Below are positions 19,452 through 31,568 of a stretch of DNA of 60,981 nt, one piece after another (within the stretch, counting starts at the first letter, position 1; every line of letters starts with the position of its first letter). The notes under the pieces were generated by a model that worked only from the letters and a program-made list of their open reading frames with translations, ran no database searches and was not told the DNA's origin. A program made the position numbers and the translations under genes. Origin of the DNA: an uncultured Gallionellaceae bacterium (GTDB taxonomy: Bacteria > Pseudomonadota > Gammaproteobacteria > Burkholderiales > Gallionellaceae); the NCBI GenBank assembly GCA_903876625.1, contig CAIRAO010000330.1, forward strand, positions 1 to 60,981. Reading direction: 5' to 3'.

Positions 19452-22400
19452 TATGCGGCCTCCTTCTGCTGTGCCGCGATCTCAAGCAATGCGCGACGAT
19501 ATTCTGTCGGCATCACCTTCACGAACTTGGGTAAATAAGTATTCCAGTTATCCAGAATCAAGCGCGCTCTTGCACTGTCAGTGTAGCGCAGATGCTTTTC
19601 GATCTTGCCGCGCAACACCGCCTCATCCGCTTTATTCAAATGATTAAAATGCACACGGCCGTGTGTATCAACTTCACCGGTTTCGCTGGCTGCCACTTCT
19701 TCAGGAACGGCCTCCAGCTCGACCATAGACAAATTGCAGCGCTTACTGAAAGTACCGTCTTCATCCAGCACATACGCAACACCACCAGACATCCCCGCCG
19801 CAAAATTGCGCCCGGTTTGACCCAGCACCACAACCATTCCCCCGGTCATGTATTCACAGCCATGATCGCCAAGGCCCTCAACAATTGCGGTTGCACCCGA
19901 ATTTCTTACCGCAAAACGTTCGCCTGCCACGCCACGGAAATAACATTCGCCGGAAGTTGCCCCATACATCACGGTGTTACCCACGATAATGTTTTCTTCC
20001 GCAACAATCTTGCAATCCCCGGCTGGTTTTACGATGATACGTCCGCCGCACAAACCCTTGCCGACATAGTCGTTGCCTTCGCCAGTCAATTCGAAACTGA
20101 TTCCGCGCGCCAGGAATGCGCCAAAACTTTGACCCGCCGTACCGGTTAACTTAACCGTTATCGTCTCCTCAGGCAGGCCAGCCTGTCCAAAGCGTTTGGC
20201 AACTTCGTGAGAAAGCATCGTACCCACGGTGCGATTAGAATTACCAATATCGCATTCGATCGTTACCACACGCTTTCCATCCAAAGCCTCCTTAGCGTGG
20301 GCGATAAGGATGTTGTCCAGCGCTTTACCAAGTTCATGGTCCTGCTCTTCAGAATGACGGCGAGCAACATTGGGGGCCACTTTGGGCTGATAGAATATTT
20401 TTGAGAAATCCAGACCCTGCGATTTCCAGTGCGCAATGCTATGTTTAACCTCCAGCAGATCACTGCGTCCGATCAGATCGTCAAACTTGCGTATGCCGAT
20501 CTGAGCCATCAACTCTCGTACCTCTTCAGCCACAAAGAAGAAGTAATTCACCACATGCTCTGGCTGACCGGTAAATTTTTTGCGCAATGCCGGATCTTGC
20601 GTGGCAACTCCCACCGGGCAAGTATTCAGATGACACTTGCGCATCATAATGCACCCTTCCACCACCAACGGTGCGGTAGCAAAGCCGAATTCATCCGCAC
20701 CGAGCAGCGCACCGATCAACACATCGCGCCCGGTCTTTAATTGACCATCGACTTGCAAACCAACGCGACCGCGCAGCTTGTTCATCACCAGTGTTTGTTG
20801 CGCTTCGGCCAAGCCCAGCTCCCAAGGCGTACCGGCATGCTTGATGGAGGACAGCGGCGATGCACCGGTTCCCCCGTCATAGCCCGACACAACGATATGA
20901 TCGGCTTTTGCTTTGGATACCCCCGCCGCAACGGTACCCACACCAACTTCTGACACCAGCTTGACAGAAATCGACGCAGACGGATTTGAGTTTTTCAAAT
21001 CATGGATGAGTTGCGCCAAGTCTTCGATTGAGTAAATATCGTGGTGCGGCGGAGGCGAGATCAATCCCACACCGGGAACGGAGAAACGCAACTTGGCAAT
21101 ATATTCAGAGACTTTTCCACCGGGTAACTGCCCTCCTTCACCTGGTTTCGCTCCCTGTGCCATCTTAATCTGAATTTGATCGGCGCTGCTCAAATACTCT
21201 GCCGTAACGCCAAAGCGACCCGAGGCAACTTGCTTGATGCGAGAACGCAAAGAGTCTCCCTCGCGCATCACAAAATCTGCCTCGATACGATTTTTACCGA
21301 TGATCTCGGAAAGTTTTTCCCCCGCTTTTAAGGTGCGGAACCGATTTGAATCTTCCCCTCCTTCGCCGGTATTCGACTTGCCACCGATTCGGTTCATGGC
21401 AATCGCCAAGGTGGTGTGCGCTTCGGTAGAAATTGAACCGAGCGACATGGCGCCGGTGACAAAACGTTTGACGATCTCTTTGGCAGACTCGACTTCATCC
21501 AGCGGTATTGCAGCACCCGCCGATTTGATCTCAAACAGGCCGCGCAATGTTTTCAGTTTATGCGCCTGATCATTGATGAGCTTGGCGTATTCTTTGTAAG
21601 TATTGAAATTATTCGTGCGCGTCGCATGTTGCAGTTTGGCGATGGAATCGGAGGTCCACATGTGTTCTTCGCCACGCACGCGAACCGCATATTCCCCGCC
21701 CGCGTCCAGCATATTTGCCAAAACCGGATCGTTGCCGAAAGCTTCAAGATGCGTGCGTACCGCTTCCTCGGCCACTTCGGCTAAGCCTATGCCTTCTATC
21801 TGGGTCGCAGTACCGGTGAAATATTCCGTCACAAAATTAGCATTCAAACCGATAGCTTCAAATATCTGTGCGCCGCAATAGGACTGGTAGGTTGAAATGC
21901 CCATTTTGGACATCACTTTCAACAAACCTTTGTCAATTGCCTTGACGAATCGCTTCTTGGCTTCTTTGGCTTCAATATTGCCAGGCAACTGGTCAGCAAT
22001 AGAGGCGATGGTATCAAAGGCAAGCCAAGGGCATATCGCCTCTGCGCCATACGCCGCGAGTAAGGCAATGTGGTGTGTCTCGCGGGCTGAGCCTGTGTCA
22101 ACCACCAAGCCTGTACTGGTGCGCAAGCCTGCACTGACCAGATGATGATGAATACCCGAAGTCGCCAGCAAGGCTGGAATGGCAACTCGCTCACTTGAAA
22201 CATTGCGATCCGACAAGATCAGAATATTGTAGCCATCGACAACCGATTGACTGGCCGCCTTGCGCAAAGCTTTAAGCGCCGCAGCACTGCCTTTGGCACC
22301 TAGATTGGCAGGATAGGTGATATCCAAAACAAGCGATTTGAAATGGCCTTTAGTTGTTTTATGAATATTGCGCAACTTGGCTATATCGTCATTGGTGAGA

Positions 22401-24160
22401 ACAGGTTGATGCGCCTCGAGGCGGAACGGTGGATCAGTTTCATCGACGCCCAACAGATTGGGTTTGGGGCCGATAAACGTTGTCAGCGACATGACAATTT
22501 CTTCACGGATCGGATCGATAGGCGGATTGGTCACCTGAGCGAACAATTGTTTAAAGTAGTTATACAGAACTTTATTTTTGTTGGACAGAACCGGTAGCGC
22601 GGCATCGTTGCCCATCGAACCGGTTGCTTCTTCACCAGACGCTGCCATAGGTGCAATCAGAAATTTCACATCCTCTTGCGTATAGCCGAAGGCTTGCTGT
22701 ATATCGAGAAGCGAAGCTTGAGGTATGGCTTTATCTTTGACTTCGGGCAGCTCTGCCAAAAAGTAACGGGATTCTTCGATCCATTTACGATAAGGCTTTG
22801 CGTTGGCAAGCTGAGTTTTTAATTCGGCATCATCCACAATACGTCCGGCTTGCATATCGATGAGAAACATCTTGCCCGGTTGCAAGCGCCATTTTTTCAC
22901 GATCTTGTTTTGCGGAATTGGCAACACGCCCATTTCCGAGGCCATCAATACCAGATCATCTTCTGTGATGAGATAGCGCGCGGGGCGTAAACCATTGCGA
23001 TCCAGCGTTGCGCCGATCATGCGGCCATCCGTAAAAGCCACGGCTGCCGGACCGTCCCAAGGCTCCATCAATGCCGCGTGGTATTCGTAGAAGGCGCGAC
23101 GCTCTTCATCCATTAGAGGGTTGCCTGCCCACGCTTCGGGTATCAGCAGCATCATTGCATGGGGCAAGGTATAACCACCTGCCACCAGCAATTCCAATGC
23201 ATTGTCGAAACAGGCAGAATCAGATTGGCCTTCAATGATCAATGGCCAAAGTTTGTCCAGATCTTCACCCAAAAATTTGGACGACATTGCCGCATGGCGT
23301 GCGGCCATCCAATTCACGTTGCCGCGCACTGTATTGATCTCGCCGTTGTGTGCGATCATGCGGAACGGATGCGCCAGATTCCAGGTCGGAAATGTATTGG
23401 TAGAAAAGCGCTGGTGTACCAGTGCCAATGCACTCGCTACGCGTGAGTCTTGCAGGTCAATGAAATATTTCCCGACTTGATCCGCAAGCAACATGCCTTT
23501 ATACACGATGGTACGCGATGACATTGAAGGAACATAAAATCCTTTCCCTTGTCCATTTGCCAAAGCCCGAACCGCATGTTCGGCTGTTTTGCGGATCACA
23601 AATAACTTGCGTTCAAAACTATCCTGATCTTTTGTTTTACTTCCGCGTCCGATAAACACCTGGCGCACCACAGGTTCAAGAAGTTTTACGCTTTCTCCCA
23701 AACCGTTTTTATTGACTGGCACATCGCGCCAGCCGATCAGCGTTTGTCCTTCAGCCGCAATTTTCTTTGCGATCACTTTTTCACATGCGCTGCGCGCAGC
23801 GTCTTCGCGCGGCAGAAATATCATCCCTATTCCATACTCACCTGCCGGTGGCAATTGAATGCCGCCCCAGTTCAATTCATCGCGCAAAAACTTGTCCGGT
23901 ATTTGAATCAAAATACCTGCGCCGTCACCAGTCAGCGGATCAGCGCCCACAGCGCCGCGATGAGTCAGGTTTTCTAATATTTGCAGGCCCTGGCTGACGA
24001 TCTCATGGCTTGGGATACCCTTGATGTGTGCCACAAATCCGACACCGCAAGAATCGTGCTCCTGGCTTGGATCGTATAAACCTTGCTGTGCTGGCATTCC
24101 GTGCGGCACGGTTGACCCGGGATTTTTTTGCAACGAAGAATTGCTCACGTTGTTCCTCAT
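19451..24160 (-). CDS. gltB: Glutamate synthase large subunit
   Basis: Ntn amidotransferase Cys in EHDSCGVGF, plus FMN/3Fe-4S and GXGXG domains. The track ORF extends to 24256. The real start is probably Met33 (24160) or Met54 (24097) and remains ambiguous. Confidence 0.93.
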   Translation of the reverse strand: MRNNVSNSSLQKNPGSTVPHGMPAQQGLYDPSQEHDSCGVGFVAHIKGIPSHEIVSQGLQILENLTHRGAVGADPLTGDGAGILIQIPDKFLRDELNWGGIQLPPAGEYGIGMIFLPREDAARSACEKVIAKKIAAEGQTLIGWRDVPVNKNGLGESVKLLEPVVRQVFIGRGSKTKDQDSFERKLFVIRKTAEHAVRALANGQGKGFYVPSMSSRTIVYKGMLLADQVGKYFIDLQDSRVASALALVHQRFSTNTFPTWNLAHPFRMIAHNGEINTVRGNVNWMAARHAAMSSKFLGEDLDKLWPLIIEGQSDSACFDNALELLVAGGYTLPHAMMLLIPEAWAGNPLMDEERRAFYEYHAALMEPWDGPAAVAFTDGRMIGATLDRNGLRPARYLITEDDLVLMASEMGVLPIPQNKIVKKWRLQPGKMFLIDMQAGRIVDDAELKTQLANAKPYRKWIEESRYFLAELPEVKDKAIPQASLLDIQQAFGYTQEDVKFLIAPMAASGEEATGSMGNDAALPVLSNKNKVLYNYFKQLFAQVTNPPIDPIREEIVMSLTTFIGPKPNLLGVDETDPPFRLEAHQPVLTNDDIAKLRNIHKTTKGHFKSLVLDITYPANLGAKGSAAALKALRKAASQSVVDGYNILILSDRNVSSERVAIPALLATSGIHHHLVSAGLRTSTGLVVDTGSARETHHIALLAAYGAEAICPWLAFDTIASIADQLPGNIEAKEAKKRFVKAIDKGLLKVMSKMGISTYQSYCGAQIFEAIGLNANFVTEYFTGTATQIEGIGLAEVAEEAVRTHLEAFGNDPVLANMLDAGGEYAVRVRGEEHMWTSDSIAKLQHATRTNNFNTYKEYAKLINDQAHKLKTLRGLFEIKSAGAAIPLDEVESAKEIVKRFVTGAMSLGSISTEAHTTLAIAMNRIGGKSNTGEGGEDSNRFRTLKAGEKLSEIIGKNRIEADFVMREGDSLRSRIKQVASGRFGVTAEYLSSADQIQIKMAQGAKPGEGGQLPGGKVSEYIAKLRFSVPGVGLISPPPHHDIYSIEDLAQLIHDLKNSNPSASISVKLVSEVGVGTVAAGVSKAKADHIVVSGYDGGTGASPLSSIKHAGTPWELGLAEAQQTLVMNKLRGRVGLQVDGQLKTGRDVLIGALLGADEFGFATAPLVVEGCIMMRKCHLNTCPVGVATQDPALRKKFTGQPEHVVNYFFFVAEEVRELMAQIGIRKFDDLIGRSDLLEVKHSIAHWKSQGLDFSKIFYQPKVAPNVARRHSEEQDHELGKALDNILIAHAKEALDGKRVVTIECDIGNSNRTVGTMLSHEVAKRFGQAGLPEETITVKLTGTAGQSFGAFLARGISFELTGEGNDYVGKGLCGGRIIVKPAGDCKIVAEENIIVGNTVMYGATSGECYFRGVAGERFAVRNSGATAIVEGLGDHGCEYMTGGMVVVLGQTGRNFAAGMSGGVAYVLDEDGTFSKRCNLSMVELEAVPEEVAASETGEVDTHGRVHFNHLNKADEAVLRGKIEKHLRYTDSARARLILDNWNTYLPKFVKVMPTEYRRALLEIAAQQKEAA

Positions 24161-24324
24161 TAAAACTTGACAACAAAATACGGTAACACACGCTACCGCT
24201 GCTAAATTCAAAAGCGAAAGGGCGAGAATGTTACCCTGTCTCGCAGCTATCAGCAATATCGTATTTTTGTGTCAGGTGCGATTCAAGCTGATGTGGAAGT
24301 CATGCCGCCAGCCATACAGATGTC

Positions 24325-24359
24325 GTAGCCTGGATTTCGCTGCGCTTCGTCCAGGCTAC
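24325..24359. repeat. REP-like palindrome (GTAGCCTGGA...TCCAGGCTAC class)
   Basis: 10-bp perfect arms at 24325-34 and 24350-59 around ttcgctgcgcttcg. Confidence 0.6.
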
Positions 24360-24554
24360 AATCTACGTAAACTAAGCATCCAGGTGTAACCCACTGTGCC
24401 GGCCAAATGAACTGTTATATATAAAAAATGACCGTTGTGGCATTTGGTGCGGGTTGTTTGTGAACAAATGGCGCTAACCTATTGTGTTGAGTGTACTTTT
24501 GCTGTAGTGTTCAGGTTCTGAAAATTGCGCAGGTCGCGAAAAAAGGAAAATCCG

Positions 24555-26528
24555 ATGATACGTTTGATCAAACAAAATTCTTCTGGCGTCATTTTAGCTT
24601 TATTGGCGGCAACTATGACTTTTACGTTGGGTGGTTGCGGTAGTAATGGAAACGCTGCATCAACATCAACAACAACCCCAACCACAGTTACGGCTACCGT
24701 CGCGTCGCTTTCTCTTTCTGCAACGCCACTTTCTGTCAAATCTGATAATTCAACTTCCTCTACTCTCACAGTAACTGCGGTTGATGCGAGCAATGCTGCC
24801 GTATCTGGTGCAGTTGTGAGTTTATCTGCTGATACTGGTTTTCTAAGTAACAATTCAGTTACAACTAGTGCATCAGGAACAGCTACGTTTACCTTCAGTT
24901 CTGGCACTTCATCCAGCGCAAATCGTACTGCAACTATTACCGCTTCTTCTGGTGCAGTTTCCAAAATTTTCGCGATCCAAATCGTCGGATCAACTGTAAC
25001 GGTTTCTTCTACCGCCAATACGTTGCCGGATAATGGAACGATTCCTTCAACGTTTACTGTTACTGCCAACGACTTCGCGGGAAATTTTGTACCTAACACC
25101 AGCGTAACGTTATCTCAATCAGGGCCTGGTAAGGTGACATTCACTCCCGCATCTGGGCTAACAGACGCAAATGGTGTATTTACAAGTACTGTTGCAGGTG
25201 CGACTGCAGGGGCTACAGTTGTAACTGCTACAGCAGTTGGAGCAACTGCAACTAACAATTTTACTGTCTCACCAACTAGCGCCACCTTCCAAATATCTAG
25301 TACTACAAATGGCGGAACTACGATTTCGTTCCCGCTTCAAGTTTCTATGAAGATCGGTGATTCACTTGTTGTTAGTGTGAATGCACCAGGTGCTGCAAAT
25401 GTCCGTTTTGTAAGTTCGATGGGCGTATGGAACGGTGGAACGCTAACGGCGACAGTGCCTGTCTCTGCTGGTGTGGCTTCAGCCACCCTGACCACTACCA
25501 AAGCTGGTATTGCATCTGTTTATGTAGACAATCCTGCGGCAACATCTTCTAACGCAAGTTTAGTTGTGGCTATGACAGCAACAACTGCATATCAGATCAC
25601 ACTTCAGGCCAATCCCAGTCTAATTTCCAAGAGTGTGGGCACAACCAAAGGCGTTTCGACATTGTTAGCTACCGTTACCGATTCTATTGGTCAGCCTGTG
25701 GGTGACGCACCCATTGCTTTCAGCATCGTCAATCCTACTGGCGGAGGTGAATCTGTATCTCCTGCATTTGCACTTTCTGCCTCGACGACGACAGCCAGTC
25801 TCGGTCTTGGTCAAGCTGTCACTAGTTTTACATCTGGATCTCTTTCATCAATTCAATCGGGAATTCAAGTTCGAGCACAAGTTCTCGGAACTACTGTTTC
25901 AACGCAAACCCCACCATCAGGTAACGACGCCAGTATTATTATCGGCGGCACCGCAGCGTCTATCGCCTATGGTTCTGCGACAGTACTTAAAGAAAATCAA
26001 AATGCTTCTGGTTATATTCTCTCCATGTCGGTCACAGTTGCTGACTCTAACGGCAACCCGGCCCCGCTCGGGACTGTAGTAAATTTGAGCATATGGCCAG
26101 TAGCTTGGAGCACAGGCGCTATATGTAAGTTCGATGCAGACGGCCCTACCGCGGGGACATTTTTAAACGAAGATGCTAATGAGAATCTTTTTCTTGACCC
26201 CGTTGAGGACGGAACTCGTACCTTTTACGCTGACCTTCCAGCGATTGTAGCAGCCAGTGGTGTTGGAACCACCGATGGATTGATAACTCCTTCCAGTTCG
26301 GCTGCAGGAACAGTACCCGCATCAGTTATAACTGATGCGACGGGTACTGGATATTTTGATCTTAATTACGGAAAAAATAGTGCGCTCTGGATTATTGCTC
26401 GACTGAGAGCAAGAACTGTAGTGCAAGGTTCATCTGCCATGAACGAGCTCGATTTCAGACTTCCTGCACTTGCATCTGATGTTACTTCTGGGGCTTGCAA
26501 GTTGCCCGATAGTCCATATAAATTTTAA
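24555..26528 (+). CDS. Large surface lipoprotein with tandem bacterial Ig-like (Big_1/invasin-type) domains
   Basis: Start set at ATG 24555 behind AAGGAAAA. Lipobox TLGGC. At least 5 repeats of about 95 aa of the type SLSxxP..V.ADGSSTSTxTVTAxD..GN.V....V.xS (Thr/Ser/Ala-rich). Distinct C-terminal domain of about 190 aa with 2 Cys. Confidence 0.7.
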   Translation: MIRLIKQNSSGVILALLAATMTFTLGGCGSNGNAASTSTTTPTTVTATVASLSLSATPLSVKSDNSTSSTLTVTAVDASNAAVSGAVVSLSADTGFLSNNSVTTSASGTATFTFSSGTSSSANRTATITASSGAVSKIFAIQIVGSTVTVSSTANTLPDNGTIPSTFTVTANDFAGNFVPNTSVTLSQSGPGKVTFTPASGLTDANGVFTSTVAGATAGATVVTATAVGATATNNFTVSPTSATFQISSTTNGGTTISFPLQVSMKIGDSLVVSVNAPGAANVRFVSSMGVWNGGTLTATVPVSAGVASATLTTTKAGIASVYVDNPAATSSNASLVVAMTATTAYQITLQANPSLISKSVGTTKGVSTLLATVTDSIGQPVGDAPIAFSIVNPTGGGESVSPAFALSASTTTASLGLGQAVTSFTSGSLSSIQSGIQVRAQVLGTTVSTQTPPSGNDASIIIGGTAASIAYGSATVLKENQNASGYILSMSVTVADSNGNPAPLGTVVNLSIWPVAWSTGAICKFDADGPTAGTFLNEDANENLFLDPVEDGTRTFYADLPAIVAASGVGTTDGLITPSSSAAGTVPASVITDATGTGYFDLNYGKNSALWIIARLRARTVVQGSSAMNELDFRLPALASDVTSGACKLPDSPYKF

Positions 26529-26548
26529 TTCTGCATTTCCAAATAAGT

Positions 26549-26576
26549 GGGCGTCGAAATTGGACGCCCTTTTTAT
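26549..26576 (+). terminator. Intrinsic terminator between the convergent Ig-like lipoprotein and dgt genes
   Basis: gggcgtc-gaaattg-gacgccc followed by TTTTTA. Located in the 49-bp convergent gap. Confidence 0.7.
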
Positions 26577-26577
26577 T

Positions 26578-27705
26578 CTAAATTTCTTCCACTGCAAAGA
26601 TTCGTCTGTGTTCGCGTATGGCGTAACGATCAGTCATGCCCGCAATATAATCAGCTACTGAGCGTGCGTGCTCTTTCTCAGCAGCTTGCAAAAACTGGGG
26701 TGGCAGTAATCTGCGGTCTTCCATGAAGGCATTAAATAACTCACTAATGATGCGGTGTGCTTTTGCGCTCATGCGCATGACGCGGTAATGGCGGTATAAG
26801 TGCAGGCGCAAGAACGTTTTGAGTTCACGATTTAACGCTAGCATGGGTTCACTAAAAGCCACCAAATTGGGCGCATTGCGCACATCGTCCACATTATTAA
26901 GTGTTTGTGCCGCTATATTTTTCTCGGTCTGATTGATCACGTCGCTCACCAGCGTGTTGATCATGCGCCGGATAGTTTCGTGAATCACGCGACGTTCTGC
27001 CAAGGCGGGATAAATGTTCCGTACTTCGGTTAGATGATTGGAAAATAATCGAACCGGGCCAAGCTGCTCGAGCGTGATCAGGCCGGAGCGCAGGCCGTCA
27101 TCTACGTCATGATTGTTATAGGCAATCTCATCGGACAGATTGGCTATTTGCGCTTCCAGCGCGGGTCTCTGGTTAGTTAGAAAGCGGCTGCCCACTTCGC
27201 CCAGTTGCGCTGCATGTTCGGGCGAGCAGTGCTTGAGTATCCCTTCCCGGGTCTCAAAACACAGATTCAAACCATCGAAGTCAGCATAACGCTCTTCCAA
27301 TACATCCACCACTCGCAACGATTGCAGATTATGTTCAAAACCGCCGTATTCCTTCATGCAGGCATTCAGCGCATCTTGCCCGGCGTGACCGAAGGGCGTA
27401 TGGCCCAGATCGTGAGCCAGTGAAATAGCTTCCACGAGGTCTTCGTTCAACATCAACCGACGCGCAATCGAGCGACCGATCTGTGCGACTTCAATACTAT
27501 GTGTCAGACGGGTGCGAAACAGATCACCTTCGTGATTTACAAAGACCTGGGTTTTATATTCGAGGCGGCGAAACGCGCTGGAGTGGATAATGCGGTCGCG
27601 GTCGCGTTGAAATTCACTTCTGCCAAGTGGCGCATCCTCATGTACTTTTCGACCCCGCGTTACCGCCGGATTTGAAGCATAAGGCGCTAGCCGGATATCA
27701 GGCAC
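26578..27705 (-). CDS. dgt: dGTP triphosphohydrolase-like HD-domain protein
   Basis: HSxxFRRLxxKTQV and [10 protein letters not shown] motifs. The start overlaps the aroKB stop region by 8 nt. Confidence 0.85.
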   Translation of the reverse strand: MPDIRLAPYASNPAVTRGRKVHEDAPLGRSEFQRDRDRIIHSSAFRRLEYKTQVFVNHEGDLFRTRLTHSIEVAQIGRSIARRLMLNEDLVEAISLAHDLGHTPFGHAGQDALNACMKEYGGFEHNLQSLRVVDVLEERYADFDGLNLCFETREGILKHCSPEHAAQLGEVGSRFLTNQRPALEAQIANLSDEIAYNNHDVDDGLRSGLITLEQLGPVRLFSNHLTEVRNIYPALAERRVIHETIRRMINTLVSDVINQTEKNIAAQTLNNVDDVRNAPNLVAFSEPMLALNRELKTFLRLHLYRHYRVMRMSAKAHRIISELFNAFMEDRRLLPPQFLQAAEKEHARSVADYIAGMTDRYAIREHRRIFAVEEI

Positions 27706-29350
27706 TGCACAACTCCAAAGTTTGCTTTAATAATTCGGCAGGCACTTCGTCGGAAATGACGGCTTGTCCCAGTTGTTTTAACAATACGAATCTGATCTTG
27801 CCGTCTGCCACTTTCTTATCCAACCCCATTAATTGAATATATTTTTCATTACCCAAATGCGGGCCTTTAACCGGCAATCCTGCTGCAAGAAATAGTGCTT
27901 TTGTGCGTTCGACATCTTGTTCAGTCAACCAACCCAGTCTTCCGGATAAATCCGTTGCCATCATTGTGCCTGCAGCAACCGCCTCACCATGCAACCAAAC
28001 GCCATAGCCCATCGCATTTTCGATTGCGTGACCAAAGGTGTGTCCAAGATTTAACAGCGCGCGCTCACCGCTTTCCCGCTCGTCATTGCCGACAACTTCA
28101 GCTTTGTTCCGGCAACTGCGCACAATGGCATATTGCAGTGCCTCGGGATCGCGTTGCAGTAATTTTTCCATGTTGAGTTCCAGCCATTCAAGGAAAGGCA
28201 GATCGCGAATCAAGCCGTATTTGATTACCTCGGCAATTCCGGCCCGCAATTCCTTGTTGGATAACGTATTAAGCGTGGCGACATCGGCAATCACAACTCG
28301 CGGTTGATAGAATGCCCCGATCATATTTTTGCCCAAGGGGTGATTGATGCCTGTCTTGCCGCCGACGGAGGAATCCACCTGGGCCAGCAACGTTGTCGGA
28401 ATCTGAATAAAGGGAACACCGCGCAAATAGGTTGCAGCGGCAAAGCCGGTCAAATCACCGATGACCCCCCCGCCCAAGGCGATCAGCGGCGTGGTGCGTT
28501 CACTTCGATTGCCAAGCAACTCATCAAAAATATGATTAAGCGATGCCGAGTTTTTGTATTGTTCGCCATCAGGCAGGATGATTGATTGAATCTGAATGCC
28601 ATTGCTTGCCAAAGTGTTGGACAATTTTTCCAAATACAAGGGAGCAACCGTTGTATTGCTGACTACAACCGCCCGTTTATGCGGAATGTGTTTCAACAAC
28701 AATTCTGCCTGATTCATCAACTCTTGGCCGATGTGAATTTGATAACTTCTTTCGTCAAGACCCAAGTCTAAAGTTTGCATGTTATGTATTGAAGGAATAT
28801 CAGTCACAGGTGTATTCAATTTTTTAATCAACCGGGCAATCAGCGTCTGTACGCTTTGTTTACCAGTATGCACGATATGATCTGCAACAGCCGTATATAG
28901 CGAATCCCGCTGTTCAAATATCTCCTGCAGTTTGGCCCGCGGATTAGCCGTTTGCAGCAATGGACGATTATGGTCATGGCGCGTGCGTTGCCACAGATCA
29001 TGCACGCCGCTTTTCAAATAAATAACAACTCCATTTTTTTTCAGGATGTCACGATTGTCCGGTTTAAGTACTGCACCGCCACCGGTAGCCAAAATAATGT
29101 TATCAAGTTTTATCAGCTCGTGAATGACCGCACTTTCCCGCACACGAAAACCCTCTTCGCCCTCAACGTCAAAAATATGTGATATTTTTACGCCGGTACG
29201 TTTTTGTATTTCTTCATCGCAGTCGATGAAAGTTTTACCCAATTGTCTGGCCAACATTTTACCGACTGTCGTTTTGCCGGCTCCCATCATTCCGACTAAA
29301 ATAATGTTTCCGGATGGACGTTTATTTTGTGTCATTAAATTATTTGTCAT
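27698..29350 (-). CDS. aroKB: Bifunctional shikimate kinase / 3-dehydroquinate synthase (in-frame AroK-AroB fusion)
   Basis: Residues 1-~185 are AroK (Walker [12 protein letters not shown]). Residues ~191-550 are AroB (starting [18 protein letters not shown], with [13 protein letters not shown] and HTFGHA). There is no stop between the two parts. An internal Met191 codon lies at 28778-28780. Confidence 0.9.
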   Translation of the reverse strand: MTNNLMTQNKRPSGNIILVGMMGAGKTTVGKMLARQLGKTFIDCDEEIQKRTGVKISHIFDVEGEEGFRVRESAVIHELIKLDNIILATGGGAVLKPDNRDILKKNGVVIYLKSGVHDLWQRTRHDHNRPLLQTANPRAKLQEIFEQRDSLYTAVADHIVHTGKQSVQTLIARLIKKLNTPVTDIPSIHNMQTLDLGLDERSYQIHIGQELMNQAELLLKHIPHKRAVVVSNTTVAPLYLEKLSNTLASNGIQIQSIILPDGEQYKNSASLNHIFDELLGNRSERTTPLIALGGGVIGDLTGFAAATYLRGVPFIQIPTTLLAQVDSSVGGKTGINHPLGKNMIGAFYQPRVVIADVATLNTLSNKELRAGIAEVIKYGLIRDLPFLEWLELNMEKLLQRDPEALQYAIVRSCRNKAEVVGNDERESGERALLNLGHTFGHAIENAMGYGVWLHGEAVAAGTMMATDLSGRLGWLTEQDVERTKALFLAAGLPVKGPHLGNEKYIQLMGLDKKVADGKIRFVLLKQLGQAVISDEVPAELLKQTLELCSA

Positions 29351-29395
29351 GAGTCAGAATTGTAGCCGAATTACGTTTGCTTAGACGTGCCTAAA

Positions 29396-29425
29396 ATGCA
29401 AAAGCCCGGTTAACCCGGGCTTTTA
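29396..29425 (-). terminator. Hairpin terminator downstream of pilQ (bidirectional shape)
   Basis: aaaagcccgg-ttaa-cccgggctttt, with T-rich flanks on both strands. Confidence 0.6.
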
Positions 29426-29441
29426 TTTTGAGTTATTTCAA

Positions 29442-31568
29442 TCAATTCAGATTCAAGCTGTCTTGCAGGATTTTGGGGGTGATAAACACCAGGAGTTCAG
29501 ATTTCGAATCGGCTTTCACATCATTTTTGAACAACCAGCCAAGAATCGGGATGTCTCCCAACAGGGGTACCTTTTCCTCTTTGTCCTGTGAGCCTTGGGA
29601 GTAGACACCGCCAATCACAACTGTTCCTCCATTTTCTACCAATACCGTCGTGGATACGTTTTTAGTATTAATACTCGGCCCGGCAGTGGTTGGGGAACCC
29701 ACTGTATCCTGGGTCAGTTCCAAAACCATTGATACCCGATCATCCGGCGTGATCTTGGGTGTAACAGTCAGACTTAGCGTTGCATCTTTGAATTGAGTTT
29801 GTGTACCTGACATGGAAACAGTCTGATATGGTATTTGTTGACCCGACTTGATCGTTGCCGGTGTCGAGTCACCTGTCATGATGCGAGGGCTGGCAATCGA
29901 CTTCGTCGTGCCATCTATTTCGGATGCATTCAGTTCCAAACTTAGCGTCTTGGTAGCCAGCGCATTGAACAGCGATAAATTTACACTACCTCCCTGGCCT
30001 GATACAAAGGTTGAATTGTTGACTCCCGCGGCGGTTATTAGGCCATTGACGCCCAAGACTGGCGAACCCGCTCCTGCTGCTACCGCCGGCCCCGTATAAC
30101 CCAATTTGCCACCAAGTTGCGCGTTGTAGGAGGTCGTGGCTTCTACAAATCTGGCTTCAATGAGTACCTGCCGTACCGGAACATCAAGTCTTTTTATAAT
30201 TTCACGAACCTCGGCCAATTTAGATTGCGTTGCCGTGACATACATGGTGTTTGTGCGGGTATCGAAGGCAACACTTTCAGCCTTGCTGCCGGCAGATTTG
30301 GATGGATCGGCAGTTGCCGGCGCCCCGGTTGTTGTGCCCAGACTGAGTGTGCTTGCCAGAACACTTTTAACGTCGGCAACCTTGGCGTAACTCAAAGGGA
30401 ATGCCTCAGTTTTCATGGGTTCCAAATCACTGATGAGTTTTTGAGTTGTTAGTGTGTCTTTTTGCCTGGCGGATATTTCTTCACGCGGCGCAACCATGAT
30501 CACGTTGCCTTCTTTTTGCTGCAACAGGCCGCGCGAATCAAGAATAATTTGCAGTGCCTGATCCCAGGGAACCTCTTTCAAACGTAAAGTCAAATTACCG
30601 GTAACGGTGTCACTGATGACCATGTTCAAGTTTGTAAAATCGGCAATGACGCTCAACGCTTCCCGGGTAGAAATATTTTGGAAGTTCAAACTTAATTTCT
30701 CGCCGGCGTAGGTGTAACGACTTCCCTTTGTCAGCTTGCTTGCGTCCTCGACCACCGCCTTAACTTCAATAATAAACTTGGTGTCTGTTTGATAGGCCGA
30801 ATATTCCCAATTCCCTTTTGGCTCAATCTGCAGGCGCGTACTTTCACCCTGAGTGAAAGCATCCACCAGTTGTACCGGTGTCCCAAAATCAACCACATCC
30901 AGTTTGCGTTGCAAATTTCTGGGTAAATTAGTTTGGGCAAAATCGACTACCAAGGTCTTGCCTTGTTGCTTAATGTCTATTCCTATCCCCGCATCGGACA
31001 GATCGACCTGAACTCTGCCTTCTCCATTGGAGCCGCGTCTGAAATCAACATCCCTCAAACTATGTGCCTGATTACCCGGTTTGGCCTCGGCAAAGCGTGT
31101 CGTTGTTACAGACCCGGTTCCATTGCTTGCACTTTTCCCCTGAAAGGAAATTAAAACGTTGTTTCCATCGATCTGCGTGTCGTAAGTAAGCATTTGATTC
31201 AAGTTCACAACCAGTCTGGTTCGACTGCCTGCTTGTACGATATTTACTCCGCGTAAATCTCCCTCGGCAAATTCCTGGGTTGATTTACCCAATTCATTTG
31301 CAGTATTCGGAAAATCAAACGCAATGCGCGGCGGTGTATTTATCGTAAATGCAGCAGGTTGATTGGTCAGCGCATTTTTCAAACCGATCTTGAGAACGAT
31401 TTTCCCGCCTACTGCGGGTGCTACGCTAATCGACTGTATGCTATTTAAATCGCCCACAGGGACCTCAGCGCCGGCTCCAAAAGCCCACAATGAAACTGTG
31501 ACGCAGACCAAACGAAGAATGTTTGGGGCTAGATTAATAAGCTGTTTCATAAATTTACTCCTAATCAC
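29442..31568 (-). CDS. pilQ: Type IV pilus secretin
   Basis: Signal peptide, two AMIN-like N-terminal domains and a secretin C-domain (VPLLGDIPILGWLF). Confidence 0.95.
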   Translation of the reverse strand: MIRSKFMKQLINLAPNILRLVCVTVSLWAFGAGAEVPVGDLNSIQSISVAPAVGGKIVLKIGLKNALTNQPAAFTINTPPRIAFDFPNTANELGKSTQEFAEGDLRGVNIVQAGSRTRLVVNLNQMLTYDTQIDGNNVLISFQGKSASNGTGSVTTTRFAEAKPGNQAHSLRDVDFRRGSNGEGRVQVDLSDAGIGIDIKQQGKTLVVDFAQTNLPRNLQRKLDVVDFGTPVQLVDAFTQGESTRLQIEPKGNWEYSAYQTDTKFIIEVKAVVEDASKLTKGSRYTYAGEKLSLNFQNISTREALSVIADFTNLNMVISDTVTGNLTLRLKEVPWDQALQIILDSRGLLQQKEGNVIMVAPREEISARQKDTLTTQKLISDLEPMKTEAFPLSYAKVADVKSVLASTLSLGTTTGAPATADPSKSAGSKAESVAFDTRTNTMYVTATQSKLAEVREIIKRLDVPVRQVLIEARFVEATTSYNAQLGGKLGYTGPAVAAGAGSPVLGVNGLITAAGVNNSTFVSGQGGSVNLSLFNALATKTLSLELNASEIDGTTKSIASPRIMTGDSTPATIKSGQQIPYQTVSMSGTQTQFKDATLSLTVTPKITPDDRVSMVLELTQDTVGSPTTAGPSINTKNVSTTVLVENGGTVVIGGVYSQGSQDKEEKVPLLGDIPILGWLFKNDVKADSKSELLVFITPKILQDSLNLN

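Noticed and set aside
19592-20149. Long alternative-frame or antisense ORFs inside gltB (185 aa). Similar ones lie inside the adaptor gene (5246-5815), the desulfurase (57000-57554), the VanZ gene (51284-51787), the RND pump (6004-6429) and the M14 gene (11292-11702).
   Set aside because: All are nested in genes with clear family motifs. They have skewed Arg/Cys/His composition and lack start contexts, so I treat them as non-coding shadows.
24479-25099. A 206-aa minus-strand ORF opposite the 5' part of the Ig-repeat lipoprotein gene.
   Set aside because: It is the reverse reading of low-complexity Thr/Ser/Ala codons and produces a Val/Ala/Glu-rich pseudo-protein. The plus-strand frame has an SD, a lipobox and domain periodicity.
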